Shown here in pieces: positions 1 through 9,631 of a DNA stretch of 31,781 bases. Positions within the stretch are counted from its first letter, which is position 1; every line of letters starts with the position of its first letter. The DNA lies in IMG/VR virus record IMGVR_UViG_2579778929_000008; one strand, written 5' to 3'. The notes under the pieces were generated by a model, which did no database searches, was not told the origin of the DNA, and saw only the letters and a program-made list of their open reading frames with translations. This stretch comes from a virus. Lineage: Duplodnaviria; Heunggongvirae; Uroviricota; Caudoviricetes. A program made the translations under genes and the position numbers.

Positions 1-504
<504 letters not shown>

Positions 505-676
505 TTAGCTTGCATCGGACTTTGCATATTTAAAGAAGTGCTGGTGGTGACTGGTTGCTGTTTTTCATTTCCACAGAACAAAATCAGAGAAACTATATCT
601 AATAGTTGCATTGAATCACTGACGAGACAGCCTCATATTTATCAGGACTGGTGTACGTCCAATACAGGAGGTTGTG

Positions 677-766
677 GTGCTGGTTCTCAAATGTGCGCTG
701 GCTATTGCGGCTGTAATGGCGATTTATTTTCTTGCCATTGTTCTTATGGATCGCCTTTCTGACTGA
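677..766 (+). CDS. Small hydrophobic peptide (29-30 aa), GTG start, candidate membrane peptide
   Basis: CAGGAGG (665-671) lies 5 nt before GTG at 677 (alternative GTG at 674). Frame reads (M)LVLKCALAIAAVMAIYFLAIVLMDRLSD then TGA at 764-766. Single predicted transmembrane helix. Below the 60-aa ORF-track cut-off and in a different frame from track ORF 415..762. Confidence 0.3.
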   Translation: MLVLKCALAIAAVMAIYFLAIVLMDRLSD

Positions 767-808
767 TTGCATATTGGCGAGGTAACGGGAGTTAAGTAGA
801 ATGCCTGC

Positions 809-920
809 GGGTGCTTGAGGCTATCTGCCTCGGGCATGAACACCAAAGGCAGATAGAGAAAAGCCCCAGTTAACATTACGCGTCCTGCAAGACGCTTAAC
901 ATTAATCTGAGGCCAATTTC
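809..920 (+). promoter_or_regulatory. hok mRNA 5' leader (tac/ucb-like region), putative -10 TAGAAT at 796-801 just upstream
   Basis: GTGCTTGAGGCTATCTGCCTC...GGCAGATAGAGAAAAGCCCC resembles the 5' leader of plasmid R1 hok mRNA as I recall it, with the same stem-forming repeats (CTGCCTC / GGCAGA). Confidence 0.4.
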
Positions 921-935
921 ATGCTAGACACATGT
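865..935 (-). ncRNA. sok: Expected Sok-like antisense RNA (position approximate)
   Basis: Placed by analogy with hok/sok loci, where Sok is antisense to the mok translation-initiation region. No promoter was confidently identified, so coordinates are an estimate. Confidence 0.25.
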
Positions 936-1133
936 AGGTTAGCCTCTTACGTGCCGGAAGGCAAGGAGAAGCAGGCTATGAAGCAGCAAAAGGCGATGTT
1001 AATCGCCCTGATCGTCATCTGTTTAACCGTCATAGTGACGGCACTGGTAACGAGGAAAGACCTCTGCGAGGTACGAATCCGAACCGGCCAGACGGAGGTC
1101 GCTGTCTTCACAGCTTACGAACCTGAGGAGTAA
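921..1133 (+). CDS. mok: mok-like overlapping reading frame (modulator of killing)
   Basis: ATG at 921 opens a 70-codon frame that overlaps and ends with hok at 1133, the arrangement of hok/mok loci. Confidence 0.5.
   Translation: MLDTCRLASYVPEGKEKQAMKQQKAMLIALIVICLTVIVTALVTRKDLCEVRIRTGQTEVAVFTAYEPEE
978..1133 (+). CDS. hokD: Hok-family type I toxin, 51 aa (HokD/RelF-like)
   Basis: AAGGAG (963-968) then ATG at 978. Product MKQQKAMLIALIVICLTVIVTALVTRKDLCEVRIRTGQTEVAVFTAYEPEE matches my recollection of E. coli HokD/RelF. TAA at 1131-1133. Confidence 0.85.
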   Translation: MKQQKAMLIALIVICLTVIVTALVTRKDLCEVRIRTGQTEVAVFTAYEPEE

Positions 1134-1203
1134 GAGACCCGGCGAGGGAGAAATCCCTCGCCACCTCTGATGTGGCAGGCATCCTCAACGCACCCGCACT
1201 TAA

Positions 1204-1225
1204 CCCGCTTCGGCGGGTTTTTGTT
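1204..1225 (+). terminator. Intrinsic terminator downstream of hok
   Basis: CCCGC-TTCG-GCGGG hairpin (1204-1217) followed by TTTTT. An upstream hairpin GCGAGGG...CCCTCGC (1142-1162) may be the fbi-like 3' element. Confidence 0.6.
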
Positions 1226-1349
1226 TTTATTTTCAACGCGTTTGAAGTTCTGGACGGTGACGGAATAGAATCAAAAATACTTAAGTAGCGCGCAGGGATA
1301 AGAGGGATGGTCCCTTAAAGGGGAGAGCTAATTATCCGGAAGGATTCTG

Positions 1350-1601
1350 ATGATGAACATCGAAGAACTGCGTAAAATTTTTTGTGAAGATGGCCTCTAT
1401 GCTGTGTGCGTTGAAAATGGAAATCTTGTTAGTCATTACCGCATTATGTGTTTGCGAAAGAATGGGGCTGCGTTAATTAATTTTGTGGATGGTCGAGTGA
1501 CAGACGGATTTATCTTGCGCGAAGGTGAGTTTGTCACTTCATTACAGGCACTGAAAGAGATCGGAATAAAAGCAGGCTTTTCAGCTTTTGCAGAAGAATA
1601 A
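1350..1601 (+). CDS. rem: Rem-like small protein (83 aa), Qin-type prophage gene of unknown function
   Basis: GGAAGGA RBS (1338-1344), ATGATG at 1350, TAA at 1599-1601. Position between hokD and ydfU matches K-12 Qin gene order; the name is from memory of that order. Confidence 0.55.
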   Translation: MMNIEELRKIFCEDGLYAVCVENGNLVSHYRIMCLRKNGAALINFVDGRVTDGFILREGEFVTSLQALKEIGIKAGFSAFAEE

Positions 1602-1667
1602 ACTCATCTACAATCTTGCGCGGGGCTGAACTCCCGCTGAGTAACACCGTGCCACCGGAGAAAACCG

Positions 1668-1946
1668 ATGGCACGCAACGTAAAATATTACAATTCTGAT
1701 AATTCGCCCGTTCTTGCCTGCACGCACGAGCGGTATTCTCACGCATTCAAGTCTGAATGGTTCCAACACCCTCCATGCACTGAAGAGCAGGCTGAATGGA
1801 TAATTCAGTGTTACCGCAGGCGCGGATACGAGGTTAAGAAAGCCCTTAGTCTCGACTACCGTCACTGGATAATCTCAGTCAGATTGCCTTACTCCGAACG
1901 CCCACCACGTGCGTCCCGCACTTTCCAGCAACGGATCTGGAGGTAA
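1668..1946 (+). CDS. Hypothetical protein (92 aa), Cys-containing
   Basis: CCGGAG RBS (1655-1660) 7 nt before ATG at 1668; TAA at 1944-1946 immediately before the next gene's RBS and start. Confidence 0.5.
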   Translation: MARNVKYYNSDNSPVLACTHERYSHAFKSEWFQHPPCTEEQAEWIIQCYRRRGYEVKKALSLDYRHWIISVRLPYSERPPRASRTFQQRIWR

Positions 1947-1947
1947 C

Positions 1948-2997
1948 GTGCGGGTATTACTTAGACCTGTTCTGGTGCCTGAGCTTGGGCTGGTGGTCCT
2001 TAAGCCGGGCCGTGAATCCATACAGATATTTCATAATCCTCGAGTGCTGGTGGAACCGGAACCAAAAAGCATGCGTAATCTGCCATCCGGAGTCGTTCCT
2101 GCCGTTGGCCAGCCGCTGGCGGAAGACAAAACATTGCTGCCGTTTTTTAGTAACGAACGGGTGATTCGTGCTGCTGGCGGCGTTGGCGCATTGTCTGACT
2201 GGCTATTACGTCATGTTACATCCTGCCAGTGGCCTAATGGAGATTACCATCACACTGAAACAGTCATTCACCGTTATGGTACCGGCGCAATGGTGTTGTG
2301 TTGGCACTGCGACAACCAACTGCGTGACCAGACATCGGAATCACTGGAGCTGCTTGCTCAACAAAATCTGACAGCATGGGTGATTGACGTCATCCGTCAC
2401 GCAATAAGCGGTACGCAGGAGCGGGAATTATCTTTGGCTGAATTATCCTGGTGGGCGGTCTGCAATCAGGTGGTGGATGCACTACCTGAGGCTGTATCGC
2501 GTCGTTCGCTGGGATTACCAGCGGAAAAAATCTGCTCGGTGTACCGCGAAAGCGACATCGTACCGGGAGAGCAGACCGCCACCAGCATATTGAAACAACG
2601 CACAAAAAATCTTGCACCGTTGCCTTACGCCCACCAGCAACAAAAACTACCACAGGAAAAGACGGTGGTAAGCATCACCGTTGATCCAGAGTCTCCGGAA
2701 TCTTTCATGAAGCTGCCTAAACGTCGCCGCTGGGTTAAGGAGAAATACACACGTTGGGTTAAGACACAGCCGTGTGCTTGCTGCGGTATGCCAGCCGACG
2801 ATCCGCATCATCTGATTGGTCACGGGCAGGGCGGAATGGGAACAAAAGCACATGATCTCTTTGTGTTGCCTTTGTGCAGAAAGCATCACAACGAGCTGCA
2901 TACGGATACAGTGGCATTTGAAGAGAAGTATGGCTCCCAACTGGAGCTGATATTTCGTTTTATCGATCGCGCGCTGGCAATTGGCGTACTGGCGTAA
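1948..2997 (+). CDS. ydfU: YdfU-like DUF968 protein (349 aa) with C-terminal HNH/zinc-finger-like motif
   Basis: GGAGG (1939-1943) then GTG at 1948 (track ORF begins at an upstream GTG, 1909). C-terminus CACCGMPADDPHHLIGHGQGG...CRKHHNELH. The 349-aa length matches my recollection of K-12 YdfU. Confidence 0.7.
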   Translation: MRVLLRPVLVPELGLVVLKPGRESIQIFHNPRVLVEPEPKSMRNLPSGVVPAVGQPLAEDKTLLPFFSNERVIRAAGGVGALSDWLLRHVTSCQWPNGDYHHTETVIHRYGTGAMVLCWHCDNQLRDQTSESLELLAQQNLTAWVIDVIRHAISGTQERELSLAELSWWAVCNQVVDALPEAVSRRSLGLPAEKICSVYRESDIVPGEQTATSILKQRTKNLAPLPYAHQQQKLPQEKTVVSITVDPESPESFMKLPKRRRWVKEKYTRWVKTQPCACCGMPADDPHHLIGHGQGGMGTKAHDLFVLPLCRKHHNELHTDTVAFEEKYGSQLELIFRFIDRALAIGVLA

Positions 2998-3010
2998 GTG
3001 GAGAACGAGC

Positions 3011-3763
3011 ATGAACCTTGAAGCCTTACCAAAATATTACTCCCCAAAATCTCCAAAATTGAGCGATGACGCTCCAGCGACAGGCACCGGTTGTTTAACA
3101 ATTACGGATGTAATGGCAGCGCAGGGGATGGTGCAGTCGAAAGCACCACTTGGGTTGGCCTTATTTCTGGCAAAAGTTGGTGTTCAGGACCCTCAGTTTG
3201 CGATTGAAGGCCTGCTAAATTACGCGATGGCACTGGATAACCCGACATTGAACAAATTGAGTGAAGAAATCCGGTTACAGATTATTCCTTACCTCGTGAG
3301 TTTTGCCTTTGCTGATTACTCCAGGTCTGCGGCAAGTAAGGCTCGCTGTGAGCATTGTTCAGGTACGGGATTTTATAATGTATTGCGCGAAGTGGTGAAA
3401 CACTACAGACGCGGGGAATCTGTAATCAAGGAAGAATGGGTGAAGGAACTATGTCAGCATTGCCATGGTAAGGGCGAAGTCAGCACAGCGTGCAGAGGGT
3501 GTAAGGGTAAAGGGATTGTTCTGGATGAAAAAAGAACCCGGTTTCATGGCGTACCGGTATATAAGATTTGTGGGCGTTGTAATGGAAACCGGTTTAGTCG
3601 TTTACCGACCACGCTGGCACGACGTCATGTCCAGAAGCTGGTACCAGACCTGACCGATTATCAGTGGTATAAGGGGTATGCGGACGTCATTGATAAACTG
3701 GTAACAAAGTGCTGGCAGGAAGAAGCATACGCGGAAGCGCAATTGAGGAAGGTGACGAGATAA
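3011..3763 (+). CDS. quuQ: Late-gene antiterminator Q (250 aa, zinc-binding)
   Basis: GGAG (3000-3003) 7 nt before ATG at 3011 (track ORF starts at TTG 2981). Cys clusters CEHCSGTG...CQHCHGKG...CRGCKGKG are typical of phage Q proteins. Sits immediately upstream of the lysis region. Confidence 0.8.
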   Translation: MNLEALPKYYSPKSPKLSDDAPATGTGCLTITDVMAAQGMVQSKAPLGLALFLAKVGVQDPQFAIEGLLNYAMALDNPTLNKLSEEIRLQIIPYLVSFAFADYSRSAASKARCEHCSGTGFYNVLREVVKHYRRGESVIKEEWVKELCQHCHGKGEVSTACRGCKGKGIVLDEKRTRFHGVPVYKICGRCNGNRFSRLPTTLARRHVQKLVPDLTDYQWYKGYADVIDKLVTKCWQEEAYAEAQLRKVTR

Positions 3764-3795
3764 ATGATTTTTGCTGAAGATGGCGACATGATGTT

Positions 3796-3824
3796 TGCAT
3801 TTTTCAAAAAACATGGATAAGATT
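3796..3824 (+). promoter_or_regulatory. Candidate Q-dependent late promoter (pR'-like): TTGCAT - 17 nt - TAAGAT
   Basis: Weak -35/-10 hexamers about 35 bp downstream of the Q stop, followed about 50 nt later by a strong terminator. This geometry resembles lambda pR'-tR'. Sequence evidence is weak. Confidence 0.25.
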
Positions 3825-3870
3825 TTCTCAACGATGGGCTTTGTGTATCCGACGTTTAGAAAAAAGTAGA

Positions 3871-3896
3871 AAACCCGCTGATAAGCGGGTTTTTGT
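3871..3896 (+). terminator. Intrinsic terminator (tR'-like) downstream of Q
   Basis: AAAA-CCCGC-TGATAA-GCGGG-TTTTT; the hairpin is flanked by an A-run and a T-run, so it could act in both directions. Confidence 0.6.
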
Positions 3897-4269
3897 GCTT
3901 TAAATGGGGCAATAGAGATATTGAATCTCATCCCGGGATAAACATTGGGAGTTGAAGGTCCACGCGAACCATTTATCCGGCAAAATTCCACGCGTAATCC
4001 TGTGGTAATTTCTTCTGCATCTCGAAGATTGAGAGCTGAAACGTGAAGCTGGGCATCGATACGCCATCGGATGGGAATATAAGACCTTTGCTGCTTTTGT
4101 AGTCAAAGTTTTTGACAATTCCTGTCATTTTAGGGGACAGAAAAACTCCTTAATACTGATAACCTGGTGCACCATACACACGTTCCTGGAGAAAACTACT
4201 TTGTTGATAGGGTTGAAGGTGGCTGGATGTCTAAAATAAACATTGCTTCATATGTTCAACTATGAGTTA

Positions 4270-4438
4270 ATGACTGCGTCGGTTTGAAGAACAGACGATA
4301 TACGAAGTAGTTTACTAAAGCAGTTCTCATTTCAGGTGTTATTCACTTATTCCTTCTTTGAGTCTCTCCAATTAAGTACGAAGTCGTTTCTGTTATGCAA
4401 ACCATTTATGCCGAAAGGCTCAAGTTAAGGAATGTAGA
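4270..4438 (+). promoter_or_regulatory. Long cold-shock-type 5' UTR of the cspB-like gene
   Basis: About 170 nt of leader containing TCGGTTTGAAGAACAGACG near its 5' end and GCCGAAAGGC near the start codon, both reminiscent of the cspA-family 5' UTR. Boundaries approximate. Confidence 0.45.
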
Positions 4439-4654
4439 ATGTCAAATAAAATGACTGGTTTAGTAAAATGGTTTAACGCTGATAAAGGTTTCGGCTTTAT
4501 TTCTCCTGTTGATGGTAGTAAAGATGTGTTTGTGCATTTTTCTGCGATTCAGAATGATAATTATCGAACCTTATTTGAAGGTCAAAAGGTTACCTTCTCT
4601 ATAGAGAGTGGTGCTAAAGGTCCTGCAGCAGTAAATGTCATCATTACTGATTAA
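4439..4654 (+). CDS. cspB: CspA-family cold-shock protein (71 aa)
   Basis: [38 protein letters not shown]... carries RNP1 (KGFGFI) and RNP2 (VFVHF) motifs. Assigned cspB from memory and from Qin gene order. Confidence 0.8.
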   Translation: MSNKMTGLVKWFNADKGFGFISPVDGSKDVFVHFSAIQNDNYRTLFEGQKVTFSIESGAKGPAAVNVIITD

Positions 4655-4934
4655 AATTCATCGCTCGTCTGTATACGATAACGAAGAAGGCTGATGCCTG
4701 AGTAGAGATACGGACAGAGTAGTGAATATTGGATCTCTTTAATAAAAAGTAAGGAGGTCCAATACATGAAACAATGGCCAGCATATTTGGCAAAATCTTA
4801 ATCAGGAAAAGTATGCTAACCATTGTGGTGAAGTGCAGGTTTGCTGCATGAATAGTTTTACAGCAGAAGCTAACTGCTGGCATGGCAAAACAAAGTGCGT
4901 AAGTGGATGACTCCCACAAAAAGCACCACAATCT

Positions 4935-4958
4935 CAAACCCGCTCAGGCGGGTTTTTT
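4935..4958 (+). terminator. Intrinsic terminator
   Basis: CCCGC-TCAG-GCGGG hairpin (4938-4951) followed by TTTTTT (4952-4957). Confidence 0.55.
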
Positions 4959-5017
4959 ATTATCTGCTTTAAATATATTATTAAAATATAAAAAATACTT
5001 GTTACTAATAAAATCAA

Positions 5018-5188
5018 TCAGGCTACAGCTTTAAGATTTGTCTGGAATACTTTGTTGCAATGAGGGCAGATCAAAAGGGCACCTTTTTGTACTCTTGAAA
5101 AACTGTGTTCTGACTCTTGGGTGCAGTTTGGGCAGGAACATTTAACGAGATAATTACGGCGTGATTTTGAGTCTTTACGTTCTGACAT
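5018..5188 (-). CDS. Small zinc-ribbon protein (56 aa)
   Basis: On the minus strand, AGGAAAA precedes ATG at 5188. Product MSERKDSKSRRNYLVKCSCPNCTQESEHSFSRVQKGALLICPHCNKVF... has CxCPxC...CPxC. Track ORF 5018..5239 begins at an upstream in-frame start with no RBS. Confidence 0.5.
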   Translation of the reverse strand: MSERKDSKSRRNYLVKCSCPNCTQESEHSFSRVQKGALLICPHCNKVFQTNLKAVA

Positions 5189-5407
5189 AGGCTTTTCCTG
5201 TATAAATGGCCGTATACAGTACACTAAATATGAAAACATTTCTCGTATTATTATTTTATATATAACTTTCTTTCAAAATAATTACTCACATTTTTAATGT
5301 GTATGTTTCTTTAGCGCCGTTGAGAACAACGTGTGCTGTCAAAACTACCCCGTAGACTCCGATCTTTTCAAACATATTGCACCATCCGTGTACATCGGGG
5401 TGAGGAT

Positions 5408-5623
5408 ATGAAATCAATGGATAAGTTAACAACAGGTGTTGCCTATGGCACATCGGCGGGTAATGCTGGTTTCTGGGCATTGCAGTTACTCGATAAAGTA
5501 ACTCCGTCACAGTGGGCTGCAATCGGTGTGCTGGGTAGCCTGGTTTTTGGCCTGCTGACGTATCTGACAAATCTTTATTTCAAGATTAAAGAAGACAGGC
5601 GTAAGGCTGCGAGAGGAGAGTAA
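5408..5623 (+). CDS. essQ: Class II holin / pinholin (S21-like) with dual-start motif
   Basis: [71 protein letters not shown] closely resembles the phage 21 S holin as recalled. Met1-Lys-Ser-Met4 gives the antiholin/holin dual start. Track ORF starts further upstream (5333). Confidence 0.8.
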   Translation: MKSMDKLTTGVAYGTSAGNAGFWALQLLDKVTPSQWAAIGVLGSLVFGLLTYLTNLYFKIKEDRRKAARGE

Positions 5624-5627
5624 TCCA

Positions 5628-5935
5628 ATGACTCAAGACTATGAACTGGTTGTGAAAGGAGTCCGTAATTTTGAGAATAAAGTTACGGTAACTGTAGCCT
5701 TACAGGACAAAGAACGCTTTGACGGTGAAATTTTTGGCCTGGATGTCGCCATGGACCGTGTTGAAGGAGCTGCGCTGGAGTTTTATGAGGCAGCAGCCAG
5801 AAGGAGCGTCCGGCAAGTCTTCCTGGAAGTAGCAGAAAAATTGTCAGAAAAAGTTGAGTCTTATCTGCAGCATCAGTACTCCTTTAAGATTGAAAATCCT
5901 GCCAATAAGCACGAGCGTCCTCATCATAAATATAT

Positions 5936-5939
<4 letters not shown>
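5628..5939 (+). CDS. ydfR: YdfR-like protein (103 aa) between holin and endolysin
   Basis: ATG at 5628 is 5 nt after the holin stop; its stop overlaps the endolysin start (ATGA at 5936-5939). Position and length match K-12 Qin ydfR as recalled. Confidence 0.6.
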
Positions 5940-6963
<1,024 letters not shown>

Positions 6964-7325
6964 GGTAATATTAAATCGGAACATTTACATCGCGGAATGT
7001 AAAATTTAAATAAAAAGGACTCTTCCATGAGCCAAAATTCCTGAAATCTTAAGGGTAAGATAAAAGGTCTTAATCAGAATGACACGTTTTATTAATAAAT
7101 AAAGCTATTCTTTCATTGCTGTGTTTTTCTTTACAAAAGTAATCCTTGCTATGGGTGGTTAATCATGCGTTAATGGTGTTCTGGTTTGTTACAAATTTAT
7201 CTGAAGCAGTCATTGTTATAATTTTATTATTTGTACCTCTTGAGATTTCCTTGTTGGTTTTTCTCTCTGATATTTTTTTTCGGACCATTCTGCCCAAGGG
7301 CTAATTTCTTCAAAAGGTAATAATT

Positions 7326-7538
7326 ATGTCTAACAAAATGACTGGTTTAGTGAAATGGTTTAACCCTGAAAAAGGTTTTGGTTTCATCACGCCGAAAGAT
7401 GGCAGCAAAGATGTGTTTGTCCATTTCTCAGCAATTCAGAGCAACGATTTCAAAACATTAACTGAGAATCAGGAAGTTGAATTTGGTATTGAGAACGGAC
7501 CTAAAGGTCCTGCCGCTGTTCATGTAGTGGCGCTTTGA
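7326..7538 (+). CDS. cspI: CspA-family cold-shock protein (70 aa)
   Basis: [70 protein letters not shown] matches my recollection of CspI; preceded by a long AT-rich leader. Confidence 0.8.
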   Translation: MSNKMTGLVKWFNPEKGFGFITPKDGSKDVFVHFSAIQSNDFKTLTENQEVEFGIENGPKGPAAVHVVAL

Positions 7539-7548
7539 GGTAGACAAT

Positions 7549-7737
7549 ATTACAAACCATATTCACTTTAGATGCCCGTGTTGTCATGGTTCCCAGTATA
7601 GAACATCATCTTTTGATGTTTCTGACATGAATCCTTTCGGGGCAAAATGTATCTTTTGTAAATCAATGATGATTACATTTGATAATATTTCACAATACTT
7701 AAATGCCAGCCGTCTGTCGTTGGATTTAAAAAAGTGA
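7549..7737 (+). CDS. Zinc-ribbon-like ORF with no canonical start codon (possible ATT start or decayed gene)
   Basis: Open frame from 7528 to TGA at 7735-7737 encodes ...HIHFRCPCCHGSQYRTSSFDVSDMNPFGAKCIFCKSMMITFDNISQYLNASRLSLDLKK. No ATG/GTG/TTG lies upstream of the CPCC motif; GAGG (7537-7540) sits 8 nt before an ATT at 7549. First in-frame ATG is at 7627. Confidence 0.25.
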   Translation: MTNHIHFRCPCCHGSQYRTSSFDVSDMNPFGAKCIFCKSMMITFDNISQYLNASRLSLDLKK

Positions 7738-7744
7738 AAATGAA

Positions 7745-7766
7745 GGCTCCTTCGGGAGCTTTTTTG
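7745..7766 (+). terminator. Intrinsic terminator downstream of cspI
   Basis: GGCTCC-TTCG-GGAGCT hairpin followed by TTTTTT. Confidence 0.6.
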
Positions 7767-7809
7767 CTTGGTATCTATTCGATGGATACTCACATACTAC
7801 GGTAACATC

Positions 7810-8040
7810 ATGAAAAAAATCATAGTTTTTTTTAACTCTGAACCAGCAGTGGTAGTGCCAGCGATGACTGGAGTTAACACCATCATGCGTGAATATCCAA
7901 ATGGCGAAAAAACACACCTTACTGTAATGGCCGCAGGGTTTCCATCTCTGACCGGAGATCATAAAGTCATTTATGTAGCCGCGGATCGACATGTTACTTC
8001 AGAAGAAATTCTGGAAGCAGCAATAAGGCTCTTGAGTTGA
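7810..8040 (+). CDS. Hypothetical small protein (76 aa)
   Basis: ATG at 7810, TGA at 8038-8040. Product MKKIIVFFNSEPAVVVPAMTGVNTIMREYPNGEKTHLTVMAAGFPSLTGDHKVIYVAADRHVTSEEILEAAIRLLS has protein-like composition. No strong SD; track ORF begins upstream at 7768. Confidence 0.4.
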   Translation: MKKIIVFFNSEPAVVVPAMTGVNTIMREYPNGEKTHLTVMAAGFPSLTGDHKVIYVAADRHVTSEEILEAAIRLLS

Positions 8041-8211
8041 TTTGATGCTATTGTATTGATAATTCAGGAAAATTCTCTTTGTCTGTTTGTGTAAAATTTA
8101 GACTATCGTATGTTGATTATTGCGATGTTTCATCTTATCTTTTACACGTTTGCACCATATAATCGACTTACTGTGTAACTGGAAAGTCATAACAGACTAA
8201 AAGAGGAAATG

Positions 8212-8385
8212 ATGAATATTGAAAACTTAAAAACAAAAGCAGAAGCAGATATTTCTGAATATATAACAAAAAAAATTATTGAACTTAAGAAAAAGACCGG
8301 GAAAGAAGTTACCAGTATTCAGTTTACCGCACGGGAAAAAATGACGGGTCTTGAAAGCTATGATGTCAAGATTAATTTAATCTGA
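8212..8385 (+). CDS. gnsB: GnsA/GnsB-family small protein (57 aa)
   Basis: AAGAGGA (8201-8207) then ATG at 8212 (an in-frame ATG also at 8209). Product MNIENLKTKAEADISEYITKKIIELKKKTGKEVTSIQFTAREKMTGLESYDVKINLI resembles GnsB as recalled. Absent from the ORF track because it is under 60 aa. Confidence 0.75.
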   Translation: MNIENLKTKAEADISEYITKKIIELKKKTGKEVTSIQFTAREKMTGLESYDVKINLI

Positions 8386-8412
8386 TGTATTCAATAATAA
8401 AATTTATCCATA

Positions 8413-8438
8413 AACCTCGTTTTTACGGGGTTTTGTTA
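8413..8438 (+). terminator. Probable intrinsic terminator after gnsB
   Basis: AACCTCG-TTTTTA-CGGGGTT hairpin (one G-U pair) followed by a T-rich tract. Confidence 0.4.
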
Positions 8439-8536
8439 TATTTGAATGGTTCCGAATATCTAAATCACAATTGTTGATGGTTTTTATTAAACCAATGCAG
8501 TCCGGCTCAGGAGTGAGAGAAGCCGGACGTTATGGT

Positions 8537-8947
8537 TTAGCGTGGTAAGATCTGTGTAGTTTTCTGGATGCTTTCAGTAAATAGTAATGAGTTATCAAAG
8601 GCATAGTAATATCTTTGGTGTTCCTGGATATTTGTAACCCATCGGAAAACTCCTGCTTTAGCAAGATTTTCCCTGTATTGTTGAAATGTGATTTCTTTTG
8701 ATTTCAACTTATTATAGGAGGTCTCTATAAGATGTTTGTTTCTGGAGAATTTAACATTTACAACCTTTTTGAGTCCTTTTACTAACACTATGTTGTCGTT
8801 TTCTAACACAATGTGAATATTATCTGTGGCTAAATAGTAAATATAAAGTGAGACATTGTGACGTTTTAGCTCAGAATAAAATAATTCACAGTTTAAATCT
8901 TTACGCACTTGATCGAATATTTCTTTAAAAATGGCAGCCTGAGCCAT
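8537..8947 (-). CDS. ydfO: YdfO-like DUF1398 protein (136 aa)
   Basis: Minus-strand ORF; GGAAGG RBS precedes ATG at 8947 (track ORF starts 5 codons upstream at 8962 without RBS). Product [47 protein letters not shown]... Confidence 0.7.
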   Translation of the reverse strand: MAQAAIFKEIFDQVRKDLNCELFYSELKRHNVSLYIYYLATDNIHIVLENDNIVLVKGLKKVVNVKFSRNKHLIETSYNKLKSKEITFQQYRENLAKAGVFRWVTNIQEHQRYYYAFDNSLLFTESIQKTTQILPR

Positions 8948-9247
8948 TGGTAAACCTTCCATGTGATACGATGGCGCGTAGTTAGCATTATCGTGTTTAT
9001 TGTTTCAATCTGGTCTGACCTCTTTGTGTTTTGTTGATGATTTATGTCAAATATTAAGCCTGTTTTTGATGAATAGTGTTGATTGCGTAACAAAATTGAG
9101 CCTTGCTGGCATCCAGGAGGGATATGCAACCGACAGATGTATGTAAGGTCGATGTACTCAAACTTTCATACTTTTCCTCTTTTATGCAGTAAGATTTGAA
9201 GTAATATTTTAACCGCTAGATGACGAGCAAACGCATGGAGCGACAAA

Positions 9248-9454
9248 ATGAATAAAGAACAATCTGCTGATGAACTCTCGTTGGATCTGATTCGTGTAAA
9301 AAATATGCTTAATAGCACCATTTCTATGAGTTACCCGGATGTTGTAATTGCATGTATAGAACATCAGGTGTCTCTGGAAGCATTCAGGGCAATTGAGGCA
9401 GCGTTGGTGAAGCACGATAAGAATTCGAAGGATTATTCCCTGGTGGTTGACTGA
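9248..9454 (+). CDS. Hypothetical small acidic protein (68 aa), possibly ynfO-like
   Basis: GGAG (9237-9240) 7 nt before ATG at 9248; TGA at 9452-9454. Confidence 0.45.
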   Translation: MNKEQSADELSLDLIRVKNMLNSTISMSYPDVVIACIEHQVSLEAFRAIEAALVKHDKNSKDYSLVVD

Positions 9455-9631
9455 GCACCATAACTGCTAATCATTCAAACTATTTCACCTGTGACAGAGT
9501 CAATATCGCATTCTGTCACTGTCAGGCTAATACAGAGCTGCAATTCAACTACTGCAATGTCCTCGTAATTAGGTGAATTTACAATATCGTCCTGTTCGGA
9601 TGCCGGTTGCATTGCTGAATATGAGGCATTT

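Noticed and set aside
3900-4118. 72-codon minus-strand ORF between Q and cspB (where K-12 Qin has cspF)
   Set aside because: No cold-shock-domain motifs, no usable SD (nearest AGGAG is 17 nt from the ATG), Arg/Ser-rich. Probably non-coding; no cspF homologue appears to be present.
4766-4801. 11-codon uORF (MKQWPAYLAKS) with a perfect SD (AAGGAGGT)
   Set aside because: Too short to assess and no obvious downstream gene to regulate on the same strand. Noted in a finding but not annotated as a gene.
7584-7992. Minus-strand ORFs 7584..7793 and 7726..7992
   Set aside because: They overlap the terminator after cspI and the + strand 76-aa ORF, lack RBS, and have Trp/His/Cys-rich composition unlike real proteins.
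8498-8530. 8-bp-stem hairpin GTCCGGCT...AGCCGGAC next to the ydfO 3' end
   Set aside because: No adjacent T-run on either strand, so not callable as an intrinsic terminator. Could be a weak or factor-dependent signal.
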